A stretch of DNA of 54,615 nucleotides from an uncultured Chloroflexota bacterium (GTDB taxonomy: Bacteria > Chloroflexota > Limnocylindria > Limnocylindrales > CSP1-4). A program made the translations under genes and the position numbers. The stretch is from NCBI GenBank assembly GCA_903925955.1, contig CAIYHO010000155.1, forward strand, positions 1-54,615. Direction: 5' to 3'. How positions within the stretch are numbered: position 1 is the first letter of the stretch; every line of letters starts with the position of its first letter. The notes beneath the pieces were generated by a model. The model did not search any database. It was not told where the DNA came from and saw nothing but the letters and a program-made list of their open reading frames with translations. Shown here piece after piece: positions 29,245 through 38,462 of the stretch.

Positions 29245-29589
29245 ATGCACTTCTACGAGCTACACGAGGGCGATGACGACGTCTTCGCCGACCTCCTCCT
29301 CGCCCGTGAAGACGAGATGGCTCCCGAGGAGTTCTTTGACATTGTCCAGTCGATACGCCGTCGCGTGCTGGAGACGTTCAACCAGGACACGCTTGTCCAA
29401 GCCATCGCGGACGAGCTTGAGCGGGACTACGAGTTCATCTCCATCACTGATGAGCGCCTCACCGCTGCCGTGAACGTCTCGCGCGATGAAGAGGAGAACT
29501 TCCTCGCGGATCTTGATGATCCGGAAGAGGAGAGCGACTACGCGACGATCCTCGCCGACATCAAGGCCGAGGAAGACCACCGCAACTAG
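29245..29589 (+). CDS. Highly acidic hypothetical protein
   Basis: GAGG SD; TATACT -10 near 29181; protein-like sequence MHFYELHEGDDD... Confidence 0.8.
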   Translation: MHFYELHEGDDDVFADLLLAREDEMAPEEFFDIVQSIRRRVLETFNQDTLVQAIADELERDYEFISITDERLTAAVNVSRDEEENFLADLDDPEEESDYATILADIKAEEDHRN

Positions 29590-29655
29590 GGCTGCTCTGG
29601 CTCCCCCGCCGGAGCTGGGCGTTGGCCACGAGGCCTGGGCCAAGGCGCCCTGGGC

Positions 29656-30759
29656 CTAGCGGCTGAACAGGATCTCTAGGACGTCGCCATCGCGGACCCG
29701 GTACGTCCGGCCCTCGGCGCGCACCTTGCCGTGCTTCTTGGCCTCGGCCATCGAGCCGAGCAAGAGCAGGTCCTCGTAGCCAATCGTCTCGGCGCGGATA
29801 AACCCCTTCGCAAGGTCCGTATGGATGGCCCCCGCCGCCTCCACGGCCGACGAGCCGTCTGGAATGGGCCAAGCGCGCACCTCGTCCGGACCCGCGGTCA
29901 GGAACGAGATCAGCCCCACCAGCCGATACGACAGCGCGATGACGCGATCGAGGCTGGACTCGGCAAGTCCCAGCTCCTCCATGAACACGGCGGCCTCGTC
30001 GGGCTCAAGCTCGCCCAGCTCCATCTCGATCCGCGCCGAGAGGGAGTCGATCATGGCGTGCTTGTGCGGGTATCCGGCCTGGACGTTGGCGATGAGGGCA
30101 GGCGCCTCGGACAGCGCGGACTCGCCCACGTTGAGGAGCACCAACACCGGCTTCTGCGTCAGGAACCGGAAGCCGCGCAGCAGCCGCTCCTCCTCGGGAT
30201 CCAGCGCCTCATCGCGGATGGGCCGGCCGGCCTCAAGGATGGGCTTCAGGCGGGCGAGGGCCCCCTCTTCGCGCTCATTGGCTTCGCGCTCGGCCGGGGT
30301 CCCGTGGCGCCCGCTCCCGCGCAGCCGCTCGAGGCGGCGGTCCACCATGGCGAGGTCCGCAAGGATGAACTCCAGATCCAGCTGTTCCAGATCCCTCGCC
30401 GGATCCACGGATCCCGACGCATGCGGTCGCGCCTGATCGTCCCAGGCCCTCACCACGTGCAGCAGCGCCTCTGCGTCGCGCAGACGCGCCAGATGCTCGG
30501 CCGGGAGCTCCTCCGTGCCCACGTGGCCCTCGGTGGACGCCGGCGGCGCGGGCAGGTCCACATACGTCACGTCCGCCTGGACGATCTTCTTGGGCTTGAA
30601 GACCACGGCCAGCTTGTCAAGCCTGCCGTCGGGCACCTTGACCACGCCAACGTTGAGCTGAAGGCCACCATAGCCACCGGTTTCGGCGTGGCCGCGGGTG
30701 AGCGTGTTGAAAACGGTTGTCTTGCCGCACCCGGCGAGGCCGACGATCGCGATCTGCAT
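29656..30759 (-). CDS. ychF: Redox-regulated ATPase YchF (Obg family)
   Basis: IVGL..CGKTT.FN.LT, VKVPD.R, FLTQKP, AGAIHTDL.KGFIRAE; TGS domain. Confidence 0.95.
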   Translation of the reverse strand: MQIAIVGLAGCGKTTVFNTLTRGHAETGGYGGLQLNVGVVKVPDGRLDKLAVVFKPKKIVQADVTYVDLPAPPASTEGHVGTEELPAEHLARLRDAEALLHVVRAWDDQARPHASGSVDPARDLEQLDLEFILADLAMVDRRLERLRGSGRHGTPAEREANEREEGALARLKPILEAGRPIRDEALDPEEERLLRGFRFLTQKPVLVLLNVGESALSEAPALIANVQAGYPHKHAMIDSLSARIEMELGELEPDEAAVFMEELGLAESSLDRVIALSYRLVGLISFLTAGPDEVRAWPIPDGSSAVEAAGAIHTDLAKGFIRAETIGYEDLLLLGSMAEAKKHGKVRAEGRTYRVRDGDVLEILFSR

Positions 30760-30794
30760 GCCGTGATGCTACCGGTCAGCGGGCAAGGCGGCCG

Positions 30795-31397
30795 TCAGGC
30801 TGGACCGGGCACCAGGTAGCCGCCGGCATAGAGGGCGAGCACAGGGACCAGCAGCACGAGGCCCGCAGCAAACCCGATCGCGGGCAGGCGCCACGACGAG
30901 CCCGATGCGAGGACGCCCGCCGTCTCCGCCAGCTGTCGCAGCGACACCGCCTGGTCCGGGCGCAACGCACGTTGCGGCACGAAGGTGCCGGCCCCCGTGC
31001 CGAAGTCCAGGATGAACGCCTCGCGCGTCACCAGGATCCTCCGGAACGTGGACCAGTCGGAAACGGTGGACGACATCGGCAGCGCCATACGCACGCCCGT
31101 CGTGTCCGCCTCAAGGCGAATCTCCGCTCTCCCTATCTCCGGCCGCCGGCTCCACGCCCACGCGCCAATCAGACCCGGGACCACGCCCGTGGCGAACCCG
31201 GCGCCGATGAGCAGCGGCATCGGCCAGACCGGATCGCCGATGAGGAGATCCGTGACCGTGATCACGACGGCGAACGCCGCAAACACCGCGGCAAGCTTCG
31301 TGTAGCGGTTGGCGGCGGCCGTGGCGGCGATGACGTCGCGCGCTGTCAGCCGGTACCGGACGTCAACGGCGTTCTCGCCCGCTTCAGTACCCGGCAT
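30795..31397 (-). CDS. YcxB-like membrane protein
   Basis: TM pair followed by W..F......E.F......FVP.RA. Confidence 0.7.
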   Translation of the reverse strand: MPGTEAGENAVDVRYRLTARDVIAATAAANRYTKLAAVFAAFAVVITVTDLLIGDPVWPMPLLIGAGFATGVVPGLIGAWAWSRRPEIGRAEIRLEADTTGVRMALPMSSTVSDWSTFRRILVTREAFILDFGTGAGTFVPQRALRPDQAVSLRQLAETAGVLASGSSWRLPAIGFAAGLVLLVPVLALYAGGYLVPGPA

Positions 31398-32448
31398 TGG
31401 GGTCAACCACATTGACAAGCGGCTGGCCATCGGCGAACCGGCGCAGGTTGGTGCAGAACAGCTCCACCGAACGGTCCACGACACGCGCCGACGACCACGA
31501 GGTATGCGGCGTCAGGATCAGATTTGGCAGGTCATACAGCGGCGACATGGGCGACAGCGGCTCCTCGCGGAACGTGTCCAGCACTGCGCCGCCCAGGCGT
31601 CCGTCACGCAGGGCCCGGGCCAGCGCCCGCTCATCCACCAGCTCCCCGCGCGCAACGTTGATCACCCACGCGCCGGGCTTGAGCGCGGCAATCGCCTCGT
31701 CCGAGATGAGGTCGTGCGTGTCATGCGTCAGCGGTGTCGCGAGCACCACAAAGTCCGACTCGGCCAGCAGTTCGTGGAGGCGCTCTGGCGGCAGCACGCG
31801 ATCCAGCATGAGCGATCCGAGATATGGCTCATCGCCGTCGCCTGGCGCGGCGGCGGCGCCTGCCTCAGGCCTGCGCCGCGTGGCGATGACCCGGCATCCA
31901 AACGCTGTGGCGAGCGCGCCAACCGCGCGGCCGATGGAGCCCAGCCCAACGATGCCAACTGTGACATCGCGCAACTCACGGGCCTCAAGCGGCTGCCACG
32001 TGCGCTCGGCCTGCAGCTCCAGGAGCTGCGGGAGGCGCCGCGTGACGGCGAGGATCATCATCATCACGTACTCGGCCACGGGCCGCGAAAAGACGCCGCG
32101 CGCGTTGGTGATGACGAGGCCGCGCGCCCGGCTGGAGGGCGTCAGGACCCGCTCCACGCCAGCTGTGGCCGAATGCACCCAGCGCAGGTTTGGCGCCCGG
32201 GCGAGGATGCGGTCAAACGTCTCCGCCGGGAGCCTGCCGCGCAGCATCACCTCAACATCGTCAAGCGGCCCGTCGGGATGCCCGTCAAAGCCAACGGTCA
32301 CCAGACGGGCGCCGGGCGCAGCCGCCCTGACGGCCTCGAGATCCCGTGAGCGGTAGCGGGCAGCCAAGATGGGTGTCAGCGCAATGGCCACCGGGACACC
32401 GCCAGGTCCGGACCCGGGACCCGGTGTGGTTGAGCTGCTGTCGGTCAC
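31384..32448 (-). CDS. D-2-hydroxyacid dehydrogenase
   Basis: GLGSIG, INVARG, LDTF.EEPL, TPH. Confidence 0.92.
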   Translation of the reverse strand: MTDSSSTTPGPGSGPGGVPVAIALTPILAARYRSRDLEAVRAAAPGARLVTVGFDGHPDGPLDDVEVMLRGRLPAETFDRILARAPNLRWVHSATAGVERVLTPSSRARGLVITNARGVFSRPVAEYVMMMILAVTRRLPQLLELQAERTWQPLEARELRDVTVGIVGLGSIGRAVGALATAFGCRVIATRRRPEAGAAAAPGDGDEPYLGSLMLDRVLPPERLHELLAESDFVVLATPLTHDTHDLISDEAIAALKPGAWVINVARGELVDERALARALRDGRLGGAVLDTFREEPLSPMSPLYDLPNLILTPHTSWSSARVVDRSVELFCTNLRRFADGQPLVNVVDPNAGY

Positions 32449-33692
32449 GCCATCCCTCCATGACTCGCCATGTCTTGCCCAAGATCCATGCGCCGCACCC
32501 AGGCCGCCGGATCGTCCAGCTCCGCCGGCGTCGGCAGAGACTCCGGACCGAACCACAGCTGCTGAAGCGCCACCGGGCCAGCCAGGCGCTCGATGCCTGC
32601 GACAAACAGCTCCCCCGTACGGTACTGCTCCATCTTGAGGTCCATCCCGGTGATCCGCAGCATGGCCCGCTCATACGGGGTGCGCTGTGCCCGGCGCCCG
32701 TGGAAGCGCGCGGAGATGCGCTCTACCCCGGGCACAAGGTCCTTGCCCGCCGCATCCATCACGTGGTCGCCAAAGCCCTCAAGCAGGCTCATCACTGCCT
32801 GCGTCTCGCGAAACAGCTGACGCTGCTCGCTGGTCATGAGGCGCTCCAGCCAGTGCTGGTCGTCGCCGCGCCCGTCACCACGCAGCGCCGCGCCCACGGC
32901 CCGAAGGGCATCACGGCCCAGCGACGACGCATCCTGTGAGAACAGCGCCACCTGGCGCTCCAGCCGCTCAGCCAGATACGGCCGCAGCCACGGGTGCGCC
33001 TCAAACTCAAACGCATGGGTGGTCTCGTGGAGCGCAATCCAGACGCGGAACGGCTCCAGCGGCACGTCTAGGGCGCGCGCGGTGGCCCGGATGTTCTCCT
33101 CCACAAACAGCAGCCGCCCGGGCACGGCCTCTGCGGAGAGCAGCGCAAGGTCGTACTGGCCAAGCACGCGCTGGCCCATGAAGCCCAGCAGCATCGCAAG
33201 CTGGCGCGTGGTCACCCATCGGTTGGCGAGAAGCATGGCGGCGCCGCCCAGCCCGGCACCGGGCGGCAGGACCTGGTCCAGCAGCCGACCCTCAAGCTTG
33301 CCCAGGAGACTGGCAAAGGCCGCCGTGTTGGCGCGCACCCATTCGCCGCGGTCCACCACGGCCACACGGTCCACCACGCCCGGCAGCGACGTCCCGAGGC
33401 GTGCCTCAAGCGCCGGCACCACCTTGGCCATGGCATCTGCGTACGCAGGCTCCACGGCCCGCAATTCGGCGGCGGTGAGCGAACCAGGGGCCTTGCGCAG
33501 CGACGCCTCGGCCAGCGCCTCAACGCGGCGCCAGTCCACAAGACCTGCCGAGCGCGCCTGGCGCTCAAGCCTGCGACCGGCCACGGTCGCTGCGACCCCA
33601 ATCACGGCGCCAGCCACAAACCCCGCCTGCAGCAGCCGCGCCTCCGAGACAGGACGCCCGTTGTGGGGTCGTGCCGAGGGCGCGCGCGACAT
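32445..33692 (-). CDS. Zinc-dependent metalloprotease (DUF2342/Zincin_2-like)
   Basis: VLGQYD, WIALHETTHAFEF, MSLLEG, K..QY..G, ESLPT. Confidence 0.88.
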   Translation of the reverse strand: MSRAPSARPHNGRPVSEARLLQAGFVAGAVIGVAATVAGRRLERQARSAGLVDWRRVEALAEASLRKAPGSLTAAELRAVEPAYADAMAKVVPALEARLGTSLPGVVDRVAVVDRGEWVRANTAAFASLLGKLEGRLLDQVLPPGAGLGGAAMLLANRWVTTRQLAMLLGFMGQRVLGQYDLALLSAEAVPGRLLFVEENIRATARALDVPLEPFRVWIALHETTHAFEFEAHPWLRPYLAERLERQVALFSQDASSLGRDALRAVGAALRGDGRGDDQHWLERLMTSEQRQLFRETQAVMSLLEGFGDHVMDAAGKDLVPGVERISARFHGRRAQRTPYERAMLRITGMDLKMEQYRTGELFVAGIERLAGPVALQQLWFGPESLPTPAELDDPAAWVRRMDLGQDMASHGGMA

Positions 33693-34612
33693 CAGTCGAG
33701 CTCTCGCAACGTCACTGGGTCGATGTCGGGAAACGCTTCGCCAAACATCCGCGAGGCAATAGAGCGGAAGAGCGCCACATCGCCGGTGGTCAGCTGGCGG
33801 TGCGTCGGCGGCGCGCCGTAGACCTCGCTCGGGCGCGAATGGCCGGCGGCGCCAGGGTCTGCGGCCGTCCCGCGCGTTGTGCCGGGCGCCTCAAGACCGT
33901 TGACAGATAGCAGTTCGGCCAACGTGGCCGAGGTTGCGGTGGCGGAGTCCACGATGGCCACGCGATCGCCCACGGCGGCGGCAAGGATGGGCCGCAGCAG
34001 TGGATAGTGCGTGCAGCCAAGCAGCAGCGTGTCGATCTTGGCCGATGGCGGCCGCGGAAAGACAAACTCCCCTGCCCCGTCGCGCTCGCCCAGCAGCGGG
34101 GCCAGCTCCTCAAGCACCATGGCTTCAAGCTCGTCGCCGCCCAGGATGCCGGCCTCCACCATCGGCACAAACCGCGGCGTCGCGTGCTCGTAGACCTCGA
34201 CGGCGGGGTTCTCATCCTTGATGGCGTTGAAGTAGGCGTGCGAGCGAACCGTGGCTGGCGTGGCAATCACGCCCACCCGGCGGTTGCGCGTGGCAAGCGC
34301 TGCGGCCGCGGCACCCGGCCGCACCACGCCCAGCACCGGCAGGGCATATCTGGCGCGCAGCTGACGCAGGGCAACGGCCGTGGAGGTGTTGCACGCAACC
34401 ACAATGGCCTTCACGTCGCGCGACGCAAGCTCGTCAAGCGCCTCCATGGAGAAGCGCAACACCTCGGCATCCGTCCGCACGCCGTACGGGGCCCGGGCGT
34501 TGTCTCCAAGGTAGATCGTGGACTCGTGGGGCGAACGGCGCAGGATCTCGCGCAGCACGGTCAGCCCGCCAACACCCGAGTCAAACACCCCGATGGGGCG
34601 CGGGTCCGACAT
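33692..34612 (-). CDS. murI: Glutamate racemase
   Basis: IGVFDSGVGGLTV, VACNTS, LGCTHYP. Confidence 0.97.
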   Translation of the reverse strand: MSDPRPIGVFDSGVGGLTVLREILRRSPHESTIYLGDNARAPYGVRTDAEVLRFSMEALDELASRDVKAIVVACNTSTAVALRQLRARYALPVLGVVRPGAAAAALATRNRRVGVIATPATVRSHAYFNAIKDENPAVEVYEHATPRFVPMVEAGILGGDELEAMVLEELAPLLGERDGAGEFVFPRPPSAKIDTLLLGCTHYPLLRPILAAAVGDRVAIVDSATATSATLAELLSVNGLEAPGTTRGTAADPGAAGHSRPSEVYGAPPTHRQLTTGDVALFRSIASRMFGEAFPDIDPVTLRELD

Positions 34613-34614
34613 CG

Positions 34615-35754
34615 CTAGCGGTGCCCCTGCCGCGCGGGAAGCGGCAGCGCCAGCAACTCCCGGGCCGTACGGATGACGTCGTGGCTGATATCGGAGTCCG
34701 GATCGGTGGTCACAAAGGGCTTGCCGGCGTTGTTGGCCTTCACCACGAGGGCGCCCCCGGAGCACACTCGGTGTTCGGGAGTCCGGCCAAGCATGCCGGC
34801 AACCGCCGCTGAGTCCAGCCCGCCAAGCGAGTCCGCCCGGTTGACGAGATACCGGATCTTCTCGTCGGGGTATCCGATGGACCGGAACGCGGCAGCCATC
34901 GCAAGCGTGTTGTGGATGGTGGTGGCGTCATAGGTCAGGACGTCCAGAATGAAGTCCGCAGCGTCGAGGAAGGCCAGCGTGGCGTCATTGATGACGGACG
35001 CTGTGTCCACAACCACCACGTTGTAGACCATGCGCAGCAGGGCGATCGTCTTGGCCAGGTCCTGCGCGTTGACCATCTCCGCCATCTCCACGCGGGGTGG
35101 CGCCAGCAGCACGTCGATCCCGGACGAGTCCCGCCACATGACGTCGTGGAGATCCGATACCACAACCTTGTCCGTGGGCAGGTGGAGGAGGGAGGGCACG
35201 TCGGCGGGCGCCTTGAGCAGGGTCCGCACATCGGCAAACTGGAGACTCCCGTCCACCAGCACCGGATGGGCGCCGCCGCGGTGCATGGCAACTGCCAGGT
35301 TGTAGGCCAGGGTGGTCCGCCCGACACCGCCCTTGGGGGCATAGACAGCGATGACGCGGACGGGCATCGACGAGGCTGCCGCGGACTCCGCAGCAACCGC
35401 GTGGATCTTGCTGATGAGGTCGAAGCCGGTAAACGGCATCGAGAGGACAGCGCTGACGCCCGTGTCCGGCGAGGGCAGGATGGGGTGCTGGGGCACGGTG
35501 AGGACGATCAGCGGGACCTGCACGTTCGCGTCGCGCAGGCTGCGGATGAGCGCGCCGCCCTTGACGGACCCCTGGAGCAGCGCGTCCACGATCAGGACCG
35601 TGGGCTTCTGCTCTCGAACCATGTCGGCAACGAGGGATCCATCGGCGACCACATCCAGCAGGCGGATGGTCTCCTGGGAGTTGAGCAGCCCGCGAATGTA
35701 CTGGGCTACTTGGGGCACATCCTCAACAACGAGGACACGGATCTGCTCGGGCAT
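34615..35754 (-). CDS. Second receiver-CpaE/TadZ-like ATPase
   Basis: REC with the conserved Lys replaced (LSMPF); APKGGVGRTT; DGSLQFAD; LLAPPRVEMAE. Confidence 0.86.
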   Translation of the reverse strand: MPEQIRVLVVEDVPQVAQYIRGLLNSQETIRLLDVVADGSLVADMVREQKPTVLIVDALLQGSVKGGALIRSLRDANVQVPLIVLTVPQHPILPSPDTGVSAVLSMPFTGFDLISKIHAVAAESAAASSMPVRVIAVYAPKGGVGRTTLAYNLAVAMHRGGAHPVLVDGSLQFADVRTLLKAPADVPSLLHLPTDKVVVSDLHDVMWRDSSGIDVLLAPPRVEMAEMVNAQDLAKTIALLRMVYNVVVVDTASVINDATLAFLDAADFILDVLTYDATTIHNTLAMAAAFRSIGYPDEKIRYLVNRADSLGGLDSAAVAGMLGRTPEHRVCSGGALVVKANNAGKPFVTTDPDSDISHDVIRTARELLALPLPARQGHR

Positions 35755-35854
35755 CGGCGCGACTCTACCACGCGGACCCCGCCCGGCAGGCCCGTCCACA
35801 CGGCCCGCGCAGAGCGCCGTTCATGACGCCGAAACGGGCCGACTGGCCAACCCC

Positions 35855-36715
35855 TCAGGGCCGTTGCGCAACCAGCACAACACGGTCCGAGCGGCCGTCC
35901 AGCTCGTCAAGCTCGTAGCCACCCGCGAGAAGCTCTACCTCGAGGCCCGCCGCCTGCGCAAACCCAACCAGCTCGTCGGGGTCCACAAGCCGAAGCCTGT
36001 CCTGGCGAACCCAGCGCGCCGCCGTCTCCCCCTGGCGCGACGCCTCGAAGATGGTGGTGAGCCGAACGATTCGGCTGGCATGGTCGTACCACGCGGCGCC
36101 GGTCTTGGTCACCGTGCGGCCGGTGACGGGCTCCTCGCGGACCCACTCCAGCACCAGGCGCCCGTCATAGCGGGCGAGGTCCTCGGCATCCGGTAGCCAG
36201 CAGTCCACCACCGCGATCCCACCGGGCGCCAGATGGGCTGCCAGTGTTGCGACAGACGCCGCTTGGTCGGCCCGGCTGCCAAACAGAAAGATGGAGTTGA
36301 GCGGGATGGCCGCCAACCCGTACGAGCCCGCGTTGAGGAGCCGCACCGTCCGGGCATCGCCCTCCACCAGGGTCAGGCGCTTGGCCACGCCACGGCCCGC
36401 CGAGGCTGCCGCGCCGCGTGCCCGGGCCAGCATCGCCGGATCCAGGTCAACACCGGTCACCGCGTAGCCTGCCGCCGCAAGGGGCACCGCGATCCGGCCA
36501 CTGCCCGCGCCCAGCTCCAGCACCGGCCCGCCGGTCCGTCCCGCCAGGGCGAGGTAGAGGTCCAGGTCGCCTGGATCGTCGGCAAGGTCAAGGTCATAGA
36601 GGCGCGCAAGCGCGTCGGCTGCGGTCTCTGCCCCCGTGGCGCCGGCGTTGGCGCCGACGGCGGCGTCGCTGCTGGCGTCGCTGTTGGCGTTGCTGGTTGC
36701 GGCCGTCTTCGTCAC
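35855..36715 (-). CDS. Class I SAM-dependent methyltransferase
   Basis: ARLYD, VLELGAGSGR, GVDLDPAML, GDAR, HLAPGG; GTGA overlap with speB. Confidence 0.9.
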   Translation of the reverse strand: MTKTAATSNANSDASSDAAVGANAGATGAETAADALARLYDLDLADDPGDLDLYLALAGRTGGPVLELGAGSGRIAVPLAAAGYAVTGVDLDPAMLARARGAAASAGRGVAKRLTLVEGDARTVRLLNAGSYGLAAIPLNSIFLFGSRADQAASVATLAAHLAPGGIAVVDCWLPDAEDLARYDGRLVLEWVREEPVTGRTVTKTGAAWYDHASRIVRLTTIFEASRQGETAARWVRQDRLRLVDPDELVGFAQAAGLEVELLAGGYELDELDGRSDRVVLVAQRP

Positions 36716-37782
36716 CGGTTGTCGGCCCCCTGCCAGCGGATGGTCTGGCCGTCCTGGCGCTTCTTCGCCAGCGCCGAGATGGCCTCAAGCGCGATGCGGT
36801 TGGCGGCCATCGCTGTCACCTCGGCGTGGTCATACGGTGGCGACACCTCAACGATGTCCATCCCCGCAATGGGCACGGCGCCAGCAATTCGGCGAATGGC
36901 CCGCAGGACTTCGCGCGGCAGCATGCCACCGGGCTCCGGAGTGCCGGTGCCGGGGGCGCTGCCCGGATCGATGACGTCGATGTCCACGCTGATGTAGACC
37001 GAATCCGGGCCATCGAGCGCCTCGGCAATGGCGTCATCGATCACCGCTTCGGCACCGCGCTCCTCGATCTCGCGCATCAGGTGCCAGCGCAGCCCGTGCT
37101 CCTTCATCCACGCAAAGGTCTCCATCGGCGGCCAGTAGCCGCGCAGACCCACCTGGACGAAGTTGCTGCCTTTCACCGCACCCGACTCGATCAGGCGCCG
37201 CATCGGCGTCCCGTGGCCGGCCAGCACGCCCCAGTCCTGGTCGGCGGTATCGGCGTGAGCGTCAAAGTGGACGATCCCGATGCTGCCCGGACGGCGGACG
37301 TCCGCAACTGCGGTGGCGGACGGCCAGGTGATGGAGTGGTCGCCGCCCAGCACAATGGGGATGGCGCCGGTTGCGGCAACCTCGCGCACCTTCTTGTAGA
37401 TCACGGCGTGGGCGCGCTCAGTCCAGGACGGCACGATCGGCGCATCGCCGGCGTCCACGACATTGAGGATCTCGAACGGCTCAACACCCAGCTGGAGCGA
37501 GTGGATGGAGCCCGAGGTGTACTGGGCCTCGCGGATGGCGCGCGGGCCAAACCTGGCGCCAGGACGATGGCTCACCGCGTCGTCAAACGGGGCGCCAATG
37601 ATGGCGATATCGACATTGCGCGCCCGCAATTCCGCAGCATCTGTGACGTACGGCAGGCGCATAAACGTGGGCATGCCGACGTAGGTGGGCAGGTCGAAGT
37701 CGCTAAACGACTCAAACTCGCGGTCCCAGCCGTTGCGCGCCGCGAAGTCGATGTCACCCTCGTGGTGGGGACGCTCGGCCAC
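36712..37782 (-). CDS. speB: Agmatinase/ureohydrolase-family enzyme
   Basis: RPGARFGP, GGDHSIT, HFDAHAD, SVDIDVIDP, APGTGTPEPGG; GGAGG SD before GTG 37782. Confidence 0.9.
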   Translation of the reverse strand: MAERPHHEGDIDFAARNGWDREFESFSDFDLPTYVGMPTFMRLPYVTDAAELRARNVDIAIIGAPFDDAVSHRPGARFGPRAIREAQYTSGSIHSLQLGVEPFEILNVVDAGDAPIVPSWTERAHAVIYKKVREVAATGAIPIVLGGDHSITWPSATAVADVRRPGSIGIVHFDAHADTADQDWGVLAGHGTPMRRLIESGAVKGSNFVQVGLRGYWPPMETFAWMKEHGLRWHLMREIEERGAEAVIDDAIAEALDGPDSVYISVDIDVIDPGSAPGTGTPEPGGMLPREVLRAIRRIAGAVPIAGMDIVEVSPPYDHAEVTAMAANRIALEAISALAKKRQDGQTIRWQGADNR

Positions 37783-37941
37783 GGTGATCCTCCGGAGACG
37801 TGCAAGCCGGGCAGCAGCCACAGGACCGCCCAGGCGTGGTTCGCCTTCCTCCAGGGCGCCGCCGGTTCGGTACTCCGTCCAGCGGGGCGCGCCGGGCCGC
37901 ATGGTACCCGTTTGCGGGGCCGTCTGGCTCGGGCGAGACCA

Positions 37942-38451
37942 TCAGGCGGGGCCGGGTTCCAGAACAAGCCGCAACACAACGGTGTCCTCGCCGTCGCCCT
38001 CGTAGTCCGGATACGCCATTGCCCCGTAGACGCGGACAGTGCCGGGGCCATCATCAACGCGGAAGCCCAGTGCCTGATGGAAGGCGATGGACCCGCGGTT
38101 GCCGGCCCAGGTGATGGCCCGCAGCTCGCGAACGCCGCGACGGCCCAAGTCGTCGGCAAAGGCCCCGTACAACTGACGGCCAACGCCGCGTCGACGCTGA
38201 TTGGGGCTTGTCGCGGCCATGTGCACATAGCCCACAGCCGGGTTGTCAGGGCTGACGAAGCCGATGAGAAACCCGGCAAGCGCCCCATCGGGCGTCTCCG
38301 CAATCCACGATGTGCTGGTGAAGTGCTGCAGCCACAGGCGTGGAAGCAGGTGGCGCAGGCGACGGCCGCCCCACCAGTCATCCACCACGCGGATCAGCCC
38401 CTTGTGGTCAGCCTCGAGCGGCCGACGCAGCAGGATCTTGTCGTCAGCCAC
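37942..38451 (-). CDS. GNAT acetyltransferase (YqjY-like)
   Basis: DDWWGGR, RRRGVGRQLY, NRGSIAFH. Confidence 0.9.
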   Translation of the reverse strand: MADDKILLRRPLEADHKGLIRVVDDWWGGRRLRHLLPRLWLQHFTSTSWIAETPDGALAGFLIGFVSPDNPAVGYVHMAATSPNQRRRGVGRQLYGAFADDLGRRGVRELRAITWAGNRGSIAFHQALGFRVDDGPGTVRVYGAMAYPDYEGDGEDTVVLRLVLEPGPA

Positions 38452-38462
38452 GGGTCTTCCCG

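Noticed and set aside
37783-37900. Known guanidine-I/II/III/IV or ZTP riboswitch
   Set aside because: The consensus elements I recall (CUAGGGUUCCG, twin ACGR loops, the class III pseudoknot order, the ZTP 5' domain) are not matched. Kept only as an unclassified candidate.
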